Source: Octopus sinensis (Eukaryota). Taken from it: a stretch of DNA of 43,015 nt. The notes beneath the pieces are model-generated. The model saw only the letters and a list, made by a program, of their open reading frames with translations, did no database searches and had not been told where the DNA came from. A program made the position numbers and the translations under genes. The stretch is from the NCBI RefSeq assembly GCF_006345805.1, contig NW_021835354.1:1-43015 (forward strand). Reading direction: 5' to 3'. This document shows positions 1 through 10,642 of the stretch, piece by piece; the stretch's first letter is position 1, and each line of letters starts with the position of its first letter.

Positions 1-119
1 AATAGGGATGTCACTATATGGGTCACTCAATCTGCTGAAAATAACAACTAAATTTCAAGTCTTATCTTTTGGACTTTGAATCACTGGAATATATATATTA
101 TATATATATATCTATATAT

Positions 120-154
<35 letters not shown>

Positions 155-155
<1 letters not shown>

Positions 156-368
156 TTTATTTAAAAGCAGCAGAAATATAACAAAAGCTGTTACTCGAGT
201 TTCACGTTCCCGTTAAAACAAAAGTGTCCGACGAACGGGAACGTAAAACTCCAGAGTACAGCTTTTGTTATATTTCTGCTGCTTTTAAATAAAGCATGTT
301 GCTCTACCTCTGGTATTTGAGTACTCTTTTTTCAACCTTGCTTCACATTTATGTGCTTACTCCGGTAA
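155..368. mobile_element. Fold-back mini-element, probable Penelope-like pseudo-LTR derivative, inside (TA)n
   Basis: About 60 bp inverted arms at 155-214 and 234-294. The left arm on the minus strand reads GAAAC-TCGA-GTA. The right arm has CCGACGA (228-234), then ACG-GGAA-CGT, AAAAC-TCCAGA-GTA. (TA)n lies on both sides. Confidence 0.6.
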
Positions 369-375
369 TATATAT

Positions 376-448
<73 letters not shown>

Positions 449-1039
449 ATTATATCTACACACACACACAGAGGCATCTCGTTGCTATTATGCAAAAGTG
501 TTGTAAGTCCAAAACATTGCTTTTTAAAAAAAACGAAAAAACAGTTTCACCATTCCATTTCCTTTTAGATTCGGAACAGTTTCAGCTTAACAATAATAGT
601 TTGTTGGGTGCATAAAATCATAGCTCTATGCATGTTTGATGTTTTCAGTCAGAGATATTTTTGCAAAACTGTCGTATGTGGGACTTGCTACACTTTTGAA
701 AAATGCTAAACCGTTCTACTACACTTTGACAATTTTCATCTGAAGCAGCTGGAGATACGATAGTTTGACCAAAAGAACCGGCTATTGCACGCAAAATTAA
801 ATATTGAAAAAAAAAAAACGCATTTGGCCAAATTTTGACATAGGACAGCTTAACGATATGAATATATGTATGCATATACTTCTTTGTGTGCACAAACATA
901 CACACACTCACCCAGACAGCCATACAGACGTTAAAACAAGGAAATTCAGCACCCTACATATGGACTGATTCTAAAAGCAAGTGACTGGTTAAATATCCGG
1001 TTGTACTGTGATATACGTACACGTGTGTACCAATCAGTG

Positions 1040-1092
1040 AATCAATCAATCAATCAATCAATCAAGCTATCGATCAATCAATCAATCAATCA

Positions 1093-1186
<94 letters not shown>

Positions 1187-1215
1187 GTATGTATGTATGT
1201 ATGTATGTATATATC
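1040..1215. repeat. Compound tetranucleotide microsatellite (AATC)(TATC)(TGTC)(TATG)
   Basis: Seen directly; explains ORF 1001-1300. Confidence 0.95.
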
Positions 1216-1303
1216 TATTTTATGTACCCGTACATACATATGTAATACATGTAATATATGTTGCATATACATATATTACATATATATTACACATGTGTAA
1301 ATA

Positions 1304-1360
<57 letters not shown>

Positions 1361-1926
1361 TATATATCTGTATGCATACGTACCCTAGATAATTCGTAAG
1401 AAATAATTATATTTGCACATACTTGTGTACATATAACGCACACGCACACACATGTATATACAAACATACGCACATACACACACACATATATATATACACA
1501 TATACACAAGCACATATTTAGAGCGAGTGAGGAAGATATCTCAAGCTAGACAACAACACATAAACATCAGTTACCAATTCTCTTATAAATGTTACCGATA
1601 ATACATATCATGGAGAACGAAGATCTGACTCTCTTTAATATTGAAACGGAAATACAAAAACCGTAAACGATACTACACGGTCGTCAAAAGACTTCTCTGT
1701 TTCTTTTTTTCGTTTCATTTTTTTTGCATTGTTTTTTTTTATTGTTTTCTTCGTCGCTGCCATGGTAACTTTCTTGGAAGTTCCAGTGATTACCATTCAA
1801 TGGCTTCGGCTTAACTTACCAGTTCTGTCAACCCGAATGACAGAAATTGTCTTTCGTTCCACTTTTAACCACTTCAGTTTATTCGTGCCAGATTTAGGAA
1901 AGAGAAATACTTTGTATGTATTTAGG

Positions 1927-1977
<51 letters not shown>

Positions 1978-2099
1978 TGTGCAGGTGTGTATTTTCGTTT
2001 ATACTATCGATATTTGTTTATTTTTTATTTTCTTATCCATCTTATCTGCTGCAGATACATAAATACAAGCGAATTGTTATGGAGACATAGAAACAGACC

Positions 2100-2156
<57 letters not shown>

Positions 2157-2791
2157 TTTTAAACTTTTAATCTGTATGTCTGTTACAATCACTTGCTGAG
2201 ACACACCCAGCGTCCTGGGGGTGAGTAAAGGATAAGAAATGCTACAGTTTGACTGAAAGGTTGGGAGGGAAATGCCAGGAGCGGTAGCGAAATATTTGCA
2301 TGTAATATAACACATATATTTAAATGGAAAGGTTTTCTAAGGATGTGGGCCGTACTTGTCAGCACAATCTTTTGGATTTCTGTGAGAGATGGTTCTCTTG
2401 GGATATTATCTAAATGTTTCTGAAACACCATTTTGTTTATCACACCCAGAGCATCAACAATAACAGGAACAGTTCTCTCTTTAAGATATCACATCTTTTG
2501 TATTTCAATTTCCTGATTCTTGTATTTACCTAATTTGTCAAGATCCTTTACAGATATATTTTCCTCAGTGGAAACATTTAACTCAATTAATCTACAAGAA
2601 TTTTCTTTCGTCTTTAATAATTATGTCTGGTCGATTAGCCTGGATTGTTCTGTCAGTGTTGACTGGAAAATCCCAGAAGATAGTGACACTTTTACCTTAA
2701 CGACTGGCCCAGGATGATGTTCATACCAGTAAGCAGGAGAGCTGATTTTTTAGTGTTTACATATTTTCCAATGCAAATACTCTCCTGCCCG
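2100..2791 (-). mobile_element. R4/Dong-type non-LTR retrotransposon 3' fragment (restriction-like endonuclease region, 3' UTR, (TAA)n tail)
   Basis: Frameshifted minus-strand translation RAGEYLHWKICKH...WYEHHP...VTIFWDFPVNTDRTIQANRPDIIIKD...EIQKIVLTSTAHILRK, followed by a UTR and (TAA)n at 2100-2155. Confidence 0.9.
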
Positions 2792-3299
2792 TAGAATAAC
2801 AGAATGAACTAAAGATAACAGGGGGAGGAAGGTGGGATGGGGAGTCGCTGAAGAGGCCAAGGTATGTGTGACGAGAGATTTATAGACGTAGGACATAAAA
2901 TAAGAACAATAAAATTAATCTGAAGTGATGAACGAATATGTAGTGCGTGTGTTTATTTGGCAGAAAAGAAAGAAGAAAATGACCATCCCGAAATATAACA
3001 GAATCTCTTTCAACACGCGATTTCCCATCAGGAATTTTGCAAAACAAATACATAAACGTAATAAATTTAGAGTGATAAGTTATAAAAACAGATTTTTATG
3101 ACAAAATTTTTATTTTGACGTTTGTTTACATCAATTCAAGGAGCATAATTTAGCTCCCTTGAATTGCAATTTCTGTTTAATTCAGCCGACATTTTGAAAC
3201 AGTCAGTTTAATTAATACTTTGTCAAGCTGTCCGTTATTTGCGTTTCAAATTAAAAATTTACTCAAAATGGGTAAATTTGTTTCTTAAGAAAACACAAA

Positions 3300-3980
3300 T
3301 TGCAGGTGATGGTGGACAGTGTCGACAGGGAAGATTTTGGAAATGCGGTTACAGAGAATCCACATAATTCGGTAAACAATGTCGATGGTTCAGTAAGTGA
3401 TGGTGCAGTGACTGCAAGACATGATAGTGTCAATAGATCGAAAATACATACAAAGATTGGGAATGTAATCTTTGAATTATGTCCACTTGGTTTCATAACG
3501 TATAGACAAAAAGTCCCACAATTTAAATGTCTCTTTTGCAAGAAAAAATGAGCGAAGAACCACGTGTCCGTCAAATTACAACACTATTTTACAACTAAAC
3601 ACTGTCATTTGTCAAGAAAAACGAGTTTCCGAAGAACTGAGAGATACAAAGGATATATAAAAATGTCAAGGATTCAAAAACGAAACTGGTATATAGAATG
3701 CCATGATATTTAAGAAACGCAAAGGGAGAAAAACTCAAGGCTGTTTCTAAAAACGTGATAGATTATATATTTCGAAACAAGCGGTCAACGAAGCTATAAA
3801 ACGGACGCGGAACTATAATAATACAGGTAGTTTGTTTCCAACACATCAACAAATCTAGAAGAAGATAATTCTGAAATCATAAGGGGCTAATAAAATCTTA
3901 ATATGACCTTCAAGTTGGTGAAATAGCAGACAGAGATGGCAAATGTTATTTAATGAGAATTCTTAGATTTGTTTCGGAAA
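3300..3980 (+). mobile_element. Decayed hAT (Buster/ZBED5-like) transposase N-terminal fragment
   Basis: LGFITYRQKVPQFKCLFCKK then CPSKLQHYFTTKH (BED-type finger, broken by a stop and frameshift). Near 3907-3975, DLQVGEIADRDGKCYLMRILRFV resembles the LQ.DESTD....QL...RF motif around the first catalytic Asp. Confidence 0.8.
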
Positions 3981-3985
3981 GGTGA

Positions 3986-4310
3986 CACATACATACATAC
4001 ATACATACATACATACATACATACATACATACATACATACATGCATACATACATACATTCATACATACATACATACATACATACATACATACATACATAC
4101 ATACATGCATACATACATACATACATTCATACATACATACGTATATACATACGTACATATATACATTCATACATACATACATACATACATACATGCATAC
4201 ATACATACATTCATACATGCATACATACATACATACATACATACATACATACATACATACAACATACATACATACATTCATACATACATACATACGTACA
4301 TACATGCATA
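3986..4310. repeat. (ACAT)n microsatellite
   Basis: Seen directly; explains ORFs 3946-4423. Confidence 0.95.
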
Positions 4311-4543
4311 TACCATGGTTTGATCAATAAGTATTGGGACTGTTGCGATAGTAACGAAGCTACAGCACGCAGAGTAAAGCTGCTTTGCACAAATTGACCT
4401 TGAGCTCTGCTGCGCACGCACACGATGTTTTAACGTTCTAACTCACTTTCACTGTTTACAGCAGTGCTTAGAATCAACGTGTGTAGCGTGCGACCGTTGC
4501 ATTGATCATGACAGAGAAATTTGTGCAGAGAATATGCATCAAG
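4311..4543 (+). mobile_element. Mariner 5' fragment (TIR-like end, 5' UTR, first 12 codons)
   Basis: TA-CCATGGTTTGATCAATAAGTATTGGGACT resembles a mariner TIR. ATG at 4508 gives MTEKFVQRICIK, matching the mariner N-terminal pattern M....QR.CIKF. Confidence 0.65.
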
Positions 4544-4615
4544 CGATGTTGAGGGACAAGCACACACAAACACAAACACACACACACAAACATACATTCA
4601 CACACACACGCACAG

Positions 4616-4646
<31 letters not shown>

Positions 4647-4831
4647 CACACACATATATATATATACACGACGGGCTTCTTTCAGTTTCCGTCTACCAAA
4701 TCCACTCACAAGTCTTTGGTCGGCTCGAGGCTATAGTAGAAGCACTTGCCCAAGGTGCCACATAGTGGGAATGAACCCAGAACCATGTGGTTGGTAAGCA
4801 AGCTACTTACCACATAGCCAGCCCGGCGCCT
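4540..4831 (-). mobile_element. tRNA-derived SINE family A, lacking its 3' part
   Basis: Minus strand reads AGGCGCCGGGCTGGCTATGTGGTAAG...GGGTTCATTCCCAC...CTTGGGCAAGTG with an internal TA/TG tract; same family as 24219-24634. Confidence 0.9.
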
Positions 4832-4980
4832 AATTCTGCCGAGGTCGACTTTGCCTTTCATCCTTTCGGGGTCGATAAATAAAGTACCAGTTTCGCACTG
4901 TGGTCGATGTAATCGACTTAATCCCTTTGTCTGTCCTTGTTTGTCCCTCTATGTTTATCCCCTTGTTGGTTAATAAAGAT
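4832..4980 (+). mobile_element. SINE family B, 5'-truncated
   Basis: GCCGAGGTCGACTTTGCCTTTCATCCTTTCGGGGTCGATAAAT core shared with many copies in the window. Confidence 0.9.
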
Positions 4981-4990
4981 ATATATATAT

Positions 4991-5047
<57 letters not shown>

Positions 5048-5544
5048 CATATTATATATATAAGAGTAAAAGAGTAAAAGAGTATATATATATATAATGC
5101 ATATATACATACACATATATACACACATATATGATAAAGAATTATGTAATGACCATTATACTTTGTAATGTGTGTGTGTGTGTAATATATACATATATAT
5201 AACATACATTACCTATACATCTATGACGTGCAGTATACTAAGTCTAAATTATGACATTTCTGTGAAAATGTTGGAATGTTTTTCCCAGTTGTGGTTGCTA
5301 AGACAATCAATTTCTCAAAAATATTAATTCGATTCTTCGTTCTCAATTTATTAAAAAAATAATACAATCTAATTAGATTAGTTTCAAATTATTTCTGTTA
5401 AGACACAAAATTTTTCTTGAATATTTTTACGCACAAAATTATATTTTTGAGTTTGAAAATTATATTTTCAAGCTAGAAAATTTTACTTTACCTCACACAA
5501 TGCACGCGATTACTCTTTTTCTTTTCTTTGATCTTTTATTAATC

Positions 5545-5705
5545 TTTTTATTTGTTTCATTCATTAGACCGCGGCCATGCTGAGGCATCGCCATGAAGAA
5601 CTTTAGTCGTGTGAAATGAACTACAGTTTCTCTTTTGCCGAACGGATAAAGTTTCGGGGATAAACAAACCAACGCCGGTTGGCAAGCAGTGCTGGGTGAC
5701 AAATG
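5545..5705 (-). mobile_element. SINE family A 3' portion, diverged
   Basis: TTGTTTCATTCATTAGACCGCGGCCATGCTGAGGCATCGCC and TTTTGCCGAAC match the family A 3' region. Confidence 0.7.
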
Positions 5706-5793
5706 CAGACTCTAAGATACATGCATGCATACATACATACATACATACATACATACATACATGCAAGCATGCATGCATACATACATACATACA

Positions 5794-5846
<53 letters not shown>

Positions 5847-6231
5847 GGAAAAATACACATTAAGAACAGGATACCACCAGCGAATGAAAAATACACAGGT
5901 ACACAACGAGAGATAAGTACGGGACAAAAGAAATCAAACAAAGAATAACCCCTCCTTATTTGTCGACTGTGATAATACGTGAGCACACGACGACAGATAA
6001 GTACGGGACAAAATGCAAAAAGAGGTCTAACCCCTCCTCAGTTGTCGGCTTCGATATTACTACCTGTATCGTGCTTTTAACGACAAGACAGGAAAACTTC
6101 ATAAGACAGCAACATCCAGAAATTTTTAAAATATAAAATTTGTGGAGGATTAGGGCTTCGGATAAACAAACGACACTACGGTGGACGTATGGAAGTAAAC
6201 AAACAATTGACGAAGACAGACATTTATGCGA

Positions 6232-6460
6232 CGAGCTTCTTTCACTTTCCATCTACCAAATCCGCACTCAGTGCACACTCATGTACATGCGTGTGTGTAT
6301 ACACATAGGTACGACAGCCTTCTACGCAGTTTCAGTCTATCAAGTTCATTCACGAAGCATTATTCCGCCCAGAGCTAGTGTAGAAGACACTAAGCCAAGA
6401 TACTGAGCGGTGGAATTGGTCTCTAAACCACGTGGTCGCCAAGCGAACGTCTTATCCACA
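6232..6460 (-). mobile_element. Old family-A-like SINE fragments
   Basis: CTTCTTTCACTTTCCATCTACCAAATCC and TAGAAGACACTAAGCCAAG...AACCACGTGGT resemble the family A head and body. Confidence 0.55.
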
Positions 6461-6697
6461 CTCTCACGCTATTGCATTTTTCTACATAAATGAATTTTTA
6501 CTCAGACAGATTTTGTTTCATTTAATGCTTTATTAAAATCAAGGTATGACAATTATAATCGGAGTATGAAGTTAAACTGCATCCTGAATATGACATTAAA
6601 CTGCATTCTTTCTCCCTCTTTTTCTCTAATCACGTGAAAGCGTTACTGACGTGCTAAGTAACGTAATGAGAAACAATAATTATAAGATTTATACCTA

Positions 6698-7143
6698 ATT
6701 CTTTACTACCCACAAGGGGCTACACACAGAGGAGACAAACAAGGACAAACAAACGGATTGATTCGATTATATCGACCCCAGTGCGTAACTGGTACTTATT
6801 TAATCGATCCTGAAAGGATGAAAGGCAAAATCGACCTCGGCGGAATTTGAACTCAGAACGTAGCGGCAGACGAAATACCGCAAAGGATTTCGCCCGACGT
6901 GCTAACGTTTCTTATTTCTTTATTGCCCACAAGGGGCTAAACATAGAGGGGACAAACAAGGACAGACAAAGGGATTAAGTCGATTATATCGACCCCAGTG
7001 CGTAACTGGTACTTATTTAATCAACCCCAAAAGGATGAAAGGCAAAGTCGACCTCGGCAGAATTTGAACTCAGAACGTAACGGCAGACGAAATACCGCAA
7101 AGGATTTCGCCCGACGTGCTAACGTTTCTGCCAGCTCGCCGCC
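6698..7143 (-). mobile_element. SINE family B head-to-tail dimer with 20 bp target-site duplication
   Basis: Copies at 6698-6911 and 6912-7143, flanked by ATAATTATAAGAT(T/G)TATACC at 6676-6695 and 7146-7165. Confidence 0.9.
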
Positions 7144-7189
7144 TTATAATTATAAGATGTATACCATGTAGGCAACTACTCCATGTCTG

Positions 7190-7417
7190 TTTCTTTATTA
7201 CTCACAAGGGGCTGAACACAGAGGAGACAAACATGGACAGACAAACGGATTAAGTCGATTATATTGACCCCAATGCGTAACTGGTACTTTATTTATCGAC
7301 CCCGAAAGGATGAAGGGCAAAGTCTGCCTAGGCGGAATTTGAACTCAGAACGTAACGGCAAACGAAATACGGCCACTCATTTCGCCCGGCGTACTAACGT
7401 TTCTGCCAGCTCGCCGC
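7190..7417 (-). mobile_element. SINE family B, full length
   Basis: Head GCGGCGAGCTGGCAGAAACGTTAG, B-box-like GAGTTCAAATTCC, core and tail all present. Confidence 0.9.
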
Positions 7418-7870
7418 TTTCTACCCCATGTTGTTGCTTATTCCGACGGAGGCGGAGATAGAGGAAATTTATGACGAAAATCAACATGGCGTGGGTTATT
7501 CTTAAAATAAAAGAAATGAGAAACGTGATCTTTGAAAAATCATATGTTTAAACTTCCAACAAGTCGATTACCTCCCCACACGCCATTCCTACTAACGATT
7601 TGCTTATTAAAAAATAATTCCCTATATTTACACCATCGATGTCCTTGAGAAAGCGTCATCGATCTTAAAACATCTTACACCACTTTCTTTGTGCACATAA
7701 GATTAGCAACACTTCAATAACATAAAACAAATTTTTACAGATTGCGCAATGAAATTTTACTGCGTTCTTCGACATCTCTCTCACAATGCACACTGTTCAT
7801 TCCTATTGTTTAAATTAAGATGAACTGCAATTATCTTTTTCTGCTTCCGTCTTATTTTCTTTTGTCACTA

Positions 7871-7940
<70 letters not shown>

Positions 7941-8271
7941 CATCACATCATTATTATTATTTTTACTTTAATCATCGTAAGAGAAATGATTAAATAAAAG
8001 TAATTCTGGTTTTATTTTCAGTGTCATTTTCTGCTTTTCTACAATTTTCTCCAGAAATATTCAAATGATAATGTATGATTAGTGTTTTATTTAACTAACT
8101 TTTTTTTTTTTCAACTAATCTTAATAAGTAAAGCTTTTTACAGTACCTCGTCGAAAATATTTGTCACTGATTTAAAAATTTTACTGTAACGCGCGGAAAT
8201 ATGTATGTTCGTACGTACGTACGTATGTATGTACGTACGTATGTATGTATGTATGTATGTATGTATGTATG

Positions 8272-8305
<34 letters not shown>

Positions 8306-8456
8306 TGCTTGTATGTATGTGTGTGTGTATGTATGTATGTATGTATGTATGTATGTATGCTTGTATGTATGTATGTATGTATGTATGCATTCTTAGTAGC
8401 TTAGAGTAGGCTCGAATTAGAGATTATTCTTTGTGGCTAATGGCGTGAGTCCTGAT

Positions 8457-8931
8457 TGGAAGAAGAAGAAGAAGAAGAAGAAGAAGTAGTAGAAGGAGAA
8501 GAAGAAGAAGAAGACGAAGAAGAAGGAGAGGGGGAGGAGAAGGGGATCGGGAGGAGGGGAAGGGGAGGAGAAGAAGGAGGAAGAGAAGAAGGAGGAAGAG
8601 AAGAAGAAGGAGGAGAAGAAGAAAAAGAAGAAGAAGGTGGAGGAGGAGGAAGCGGAGAAGAAGAAGAAGGAGGCGAAGAAAAAGAAGAAGGAGGAGGAGG
8701 AGTTGAAAAACAAGAAGGAGGAGGAGAAGAAGAAGGAGGAGGAGGAGAAGAAAAATAAGAAAAAGGTGGAGGAGAAGAAAAAGAAAAAGAAGAAGAAGGT
8801 GGAGGAGAAGAAAAAGAAGAAAAAGAAAAAGAAGAAGAAGGAGGAGAAGAAGAAGGAGAAGAAGAAGAAGAAGAAGGAAAGAAGAAGAAGAAGAAGAAGA
8901 AGAAGAAGAAGAAGAGAAGAAGAAGAAGAAG
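8457..8931. repeat. About 475 bp polypurine (GAA/GGA)n tract with an embedded G-quadruplex motif
   Basis: Nearly pure A/G. G-runs at 8530-8534, 8542-8545, 8549-8551, 8556-8559 and 8562-8565. Confidence 0.95.
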
Positions 8932-8983
8932 ACACCAGTCAATGACTACCAGAAGTCAAAGTTCCTTAAAGTCATAATCGCAG

Positions 8984-9125
8984 ATCAATGCTTCTCAACT
9001 GGAGTTCAAATGATCCTTAGGGGTCCGGGTAATACTTTGTTGCTAAAATTCCTGTGGATTAATTTGATTATGATTCTACAAAATATTTTAACCATGATTT
9101 TGTACAAATTCTTATAATATTTAAT
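8984..9125 (+). mobile_element. Possible hAT-type MITE 5' end
   Basis: CAATGCTTCTCAACTGGAGTTCAAATGATCCTTAGGGGTCC resembles CAGTG.TTCTCAAC hAT termini; no partner end found. Confidence 0.35.
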
Positions 9126-9154
9126 TGTCAAAATGTTCTTTTATTCTTTTTTTT

Positions 9155-9357
9155 TCTTTTACTTGTTTCAGTCATTAGGCTGTGGCCAGGCTGGGGCACC
9201 GCCTTGGACAATCTTAGTCGAACGAATCGACCCTAGTACTTAATTTTATTTAAAGCCTGGAACTTATTTTATCGTCTCTTTATCCGAACCGCTAAGTTAT
9301 GGGGAGGTAAAAAGGCACCAACACCGATTGTCAAGCGTACTGGGATACAAACACCCA
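9155..9357 (-). mobile_element. SINE family A 3' portion
   Basis: TTTTACTTGTTTCAGTCATT...GCACCGCC...CCGAACCGCTAAGTTA...TTGTCAAGCG. Confidence 0.8.
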
Positions 9358-9423
9358 TATACATATACATACATATATATATATATATACATACATACAC
9401 ACACATATAGGTATATATGTGTA

Positions 9424-9468
<45 letters not shown>

Positions 9469-9585
9469 TATATATATATGTATATATTATATATATATAT
9501 ATAATATATATACATATATAGTATTCTTATTATTTACAGAATTGTAAAAAATGACGATGCTTATCAAAAATCATCGCAGAAAAGA

Positions 9586-9628
<43 letters not shown>

Positions 9629-9645
9629 GCATGTAGGTAGTAATA

Positions 9646-9700
<55 letters not shown>

Positions 9701-9710
9701 ATGTATTTAT

Positions 9711-9920
9711 AATTGAATAGAGTCACGAATGAGTACGTTTAGATAGCTATTTGATAAACACTATACATGTTTCGATACAGCATATATCAACACATACACA
9801 GGTAAACCGTTGCTTAATTTAAATTTTGTGTATATGAGGATCTATGTTGTATCGAAACATGTGTAGTGTTTAGTAAATATATGTTCAAACGTACTCATTC
9901 TTGACTCTATTTATTCAATT
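9711..9920. mobile_element. Fold-back mini-element with outward GAAAC-AT-GT(A/G) motifs
   Basis: About 75 bp imperfect inverted arms at 9711-9784 and 9843-9920, abutting (TA)n on the left. Confidence 0.55.
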
Positions 9921-10136
9921 TTATTTTATTTTCACACACGATGAATGTCTAAACCTAGGCTTGGCTATATATACGGATCTCTTCCAGGGGCCCTATCATC
10001 GATTTTTTTTCAGCAATCTGAGTATGTCATGAGGTTTCCAGACGTGTCAAGTTTCATTTAAAATCGATAAAACTATGTAGGAAGAGTTAGCTGACAACTC
10101 TACAAACACACCCCCAGAATTTTCCCACATTAGGTA

Positions 10137-10183
<47 letters not shown>

Positions 10184-10460
10184 TAATATATATACATAAA
10201 TCTGTAGTGTATATATGGATTAATAGAATCGTGTGGCTATCTCGGAAAGCTCCTCGAAAATTAATGAAACCATAAAAGTCATGAGATATGTGATATATAT
10301 ATTATAATATATTATATATATATATATATATATAGTATATTCAGTAAAAGCAATTAAGATTCAAGTGAGTTCTGTTGAATTCACATGAATGCGGTACTTG
10401 ACTAAGATGCACCAGAAATCTATATGGTGTTAACCATAAGATAATGCGGGGTGATTATAA

Positions 10461-10625
10461 ATAAGAAAAAAGCAACAAGAATGGATCAATATTTCGGTAC
10501 AATTGTTTCGTACGAAGTCATCTTTATTAAGGCTGCAAATATTGCAGTAAATATAAGTGACCCGTACTCTTCGTACGAAACAATTGTACCGAAATATTGA
10601 TCCATTCTTGTTGCTTTTTTCTTAT
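10461..10625. mobile_element. Perfect 57 bp inverted repeat with outward GAAAC-AATT-GTA motifs
   Basis: Arms 10461-10517 and 10569-10625 are exact reverse complements with a 51 bp spacer; ends in (TA)n. Confidence 0.7.
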
Positions 10626-10642
10626 ATATATATATACCAATC

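Noticed and set aside
645-923. 92 aa minus-strand ORF
   Set aside because: No recognisable motif; a faint hAT dimerisation-domain resemblance did not hold up on alignment by eye.
1760-1920. Possible exon (minus-strand G|GTAAGT donor near 1820; plus-strand pyrimidine tract)
   Set aside because: Each strand has only one convincing splice signal, and the peptides are unrecognisable.
2846-2870. CTGAAGA-GGCC as a hammerhead core
   Set aside because: No stem II partner or GAAA downstream.
6698-7417. Regularly repeated units as a CRISPR array or tRNA cluster
   Set aside because: The units are whole SINE copies without unique spacers; tRNA similarity is limited to A/B-box-like heads.
10030-10140. 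Helentron/DINE-like fragment (CAAGTTTCATTTAAAATCG...TAGGTAGT)
   Set aside because: The resemblance is only to a generic motif; no subterminal inverted repeats or hairpin could be verified.
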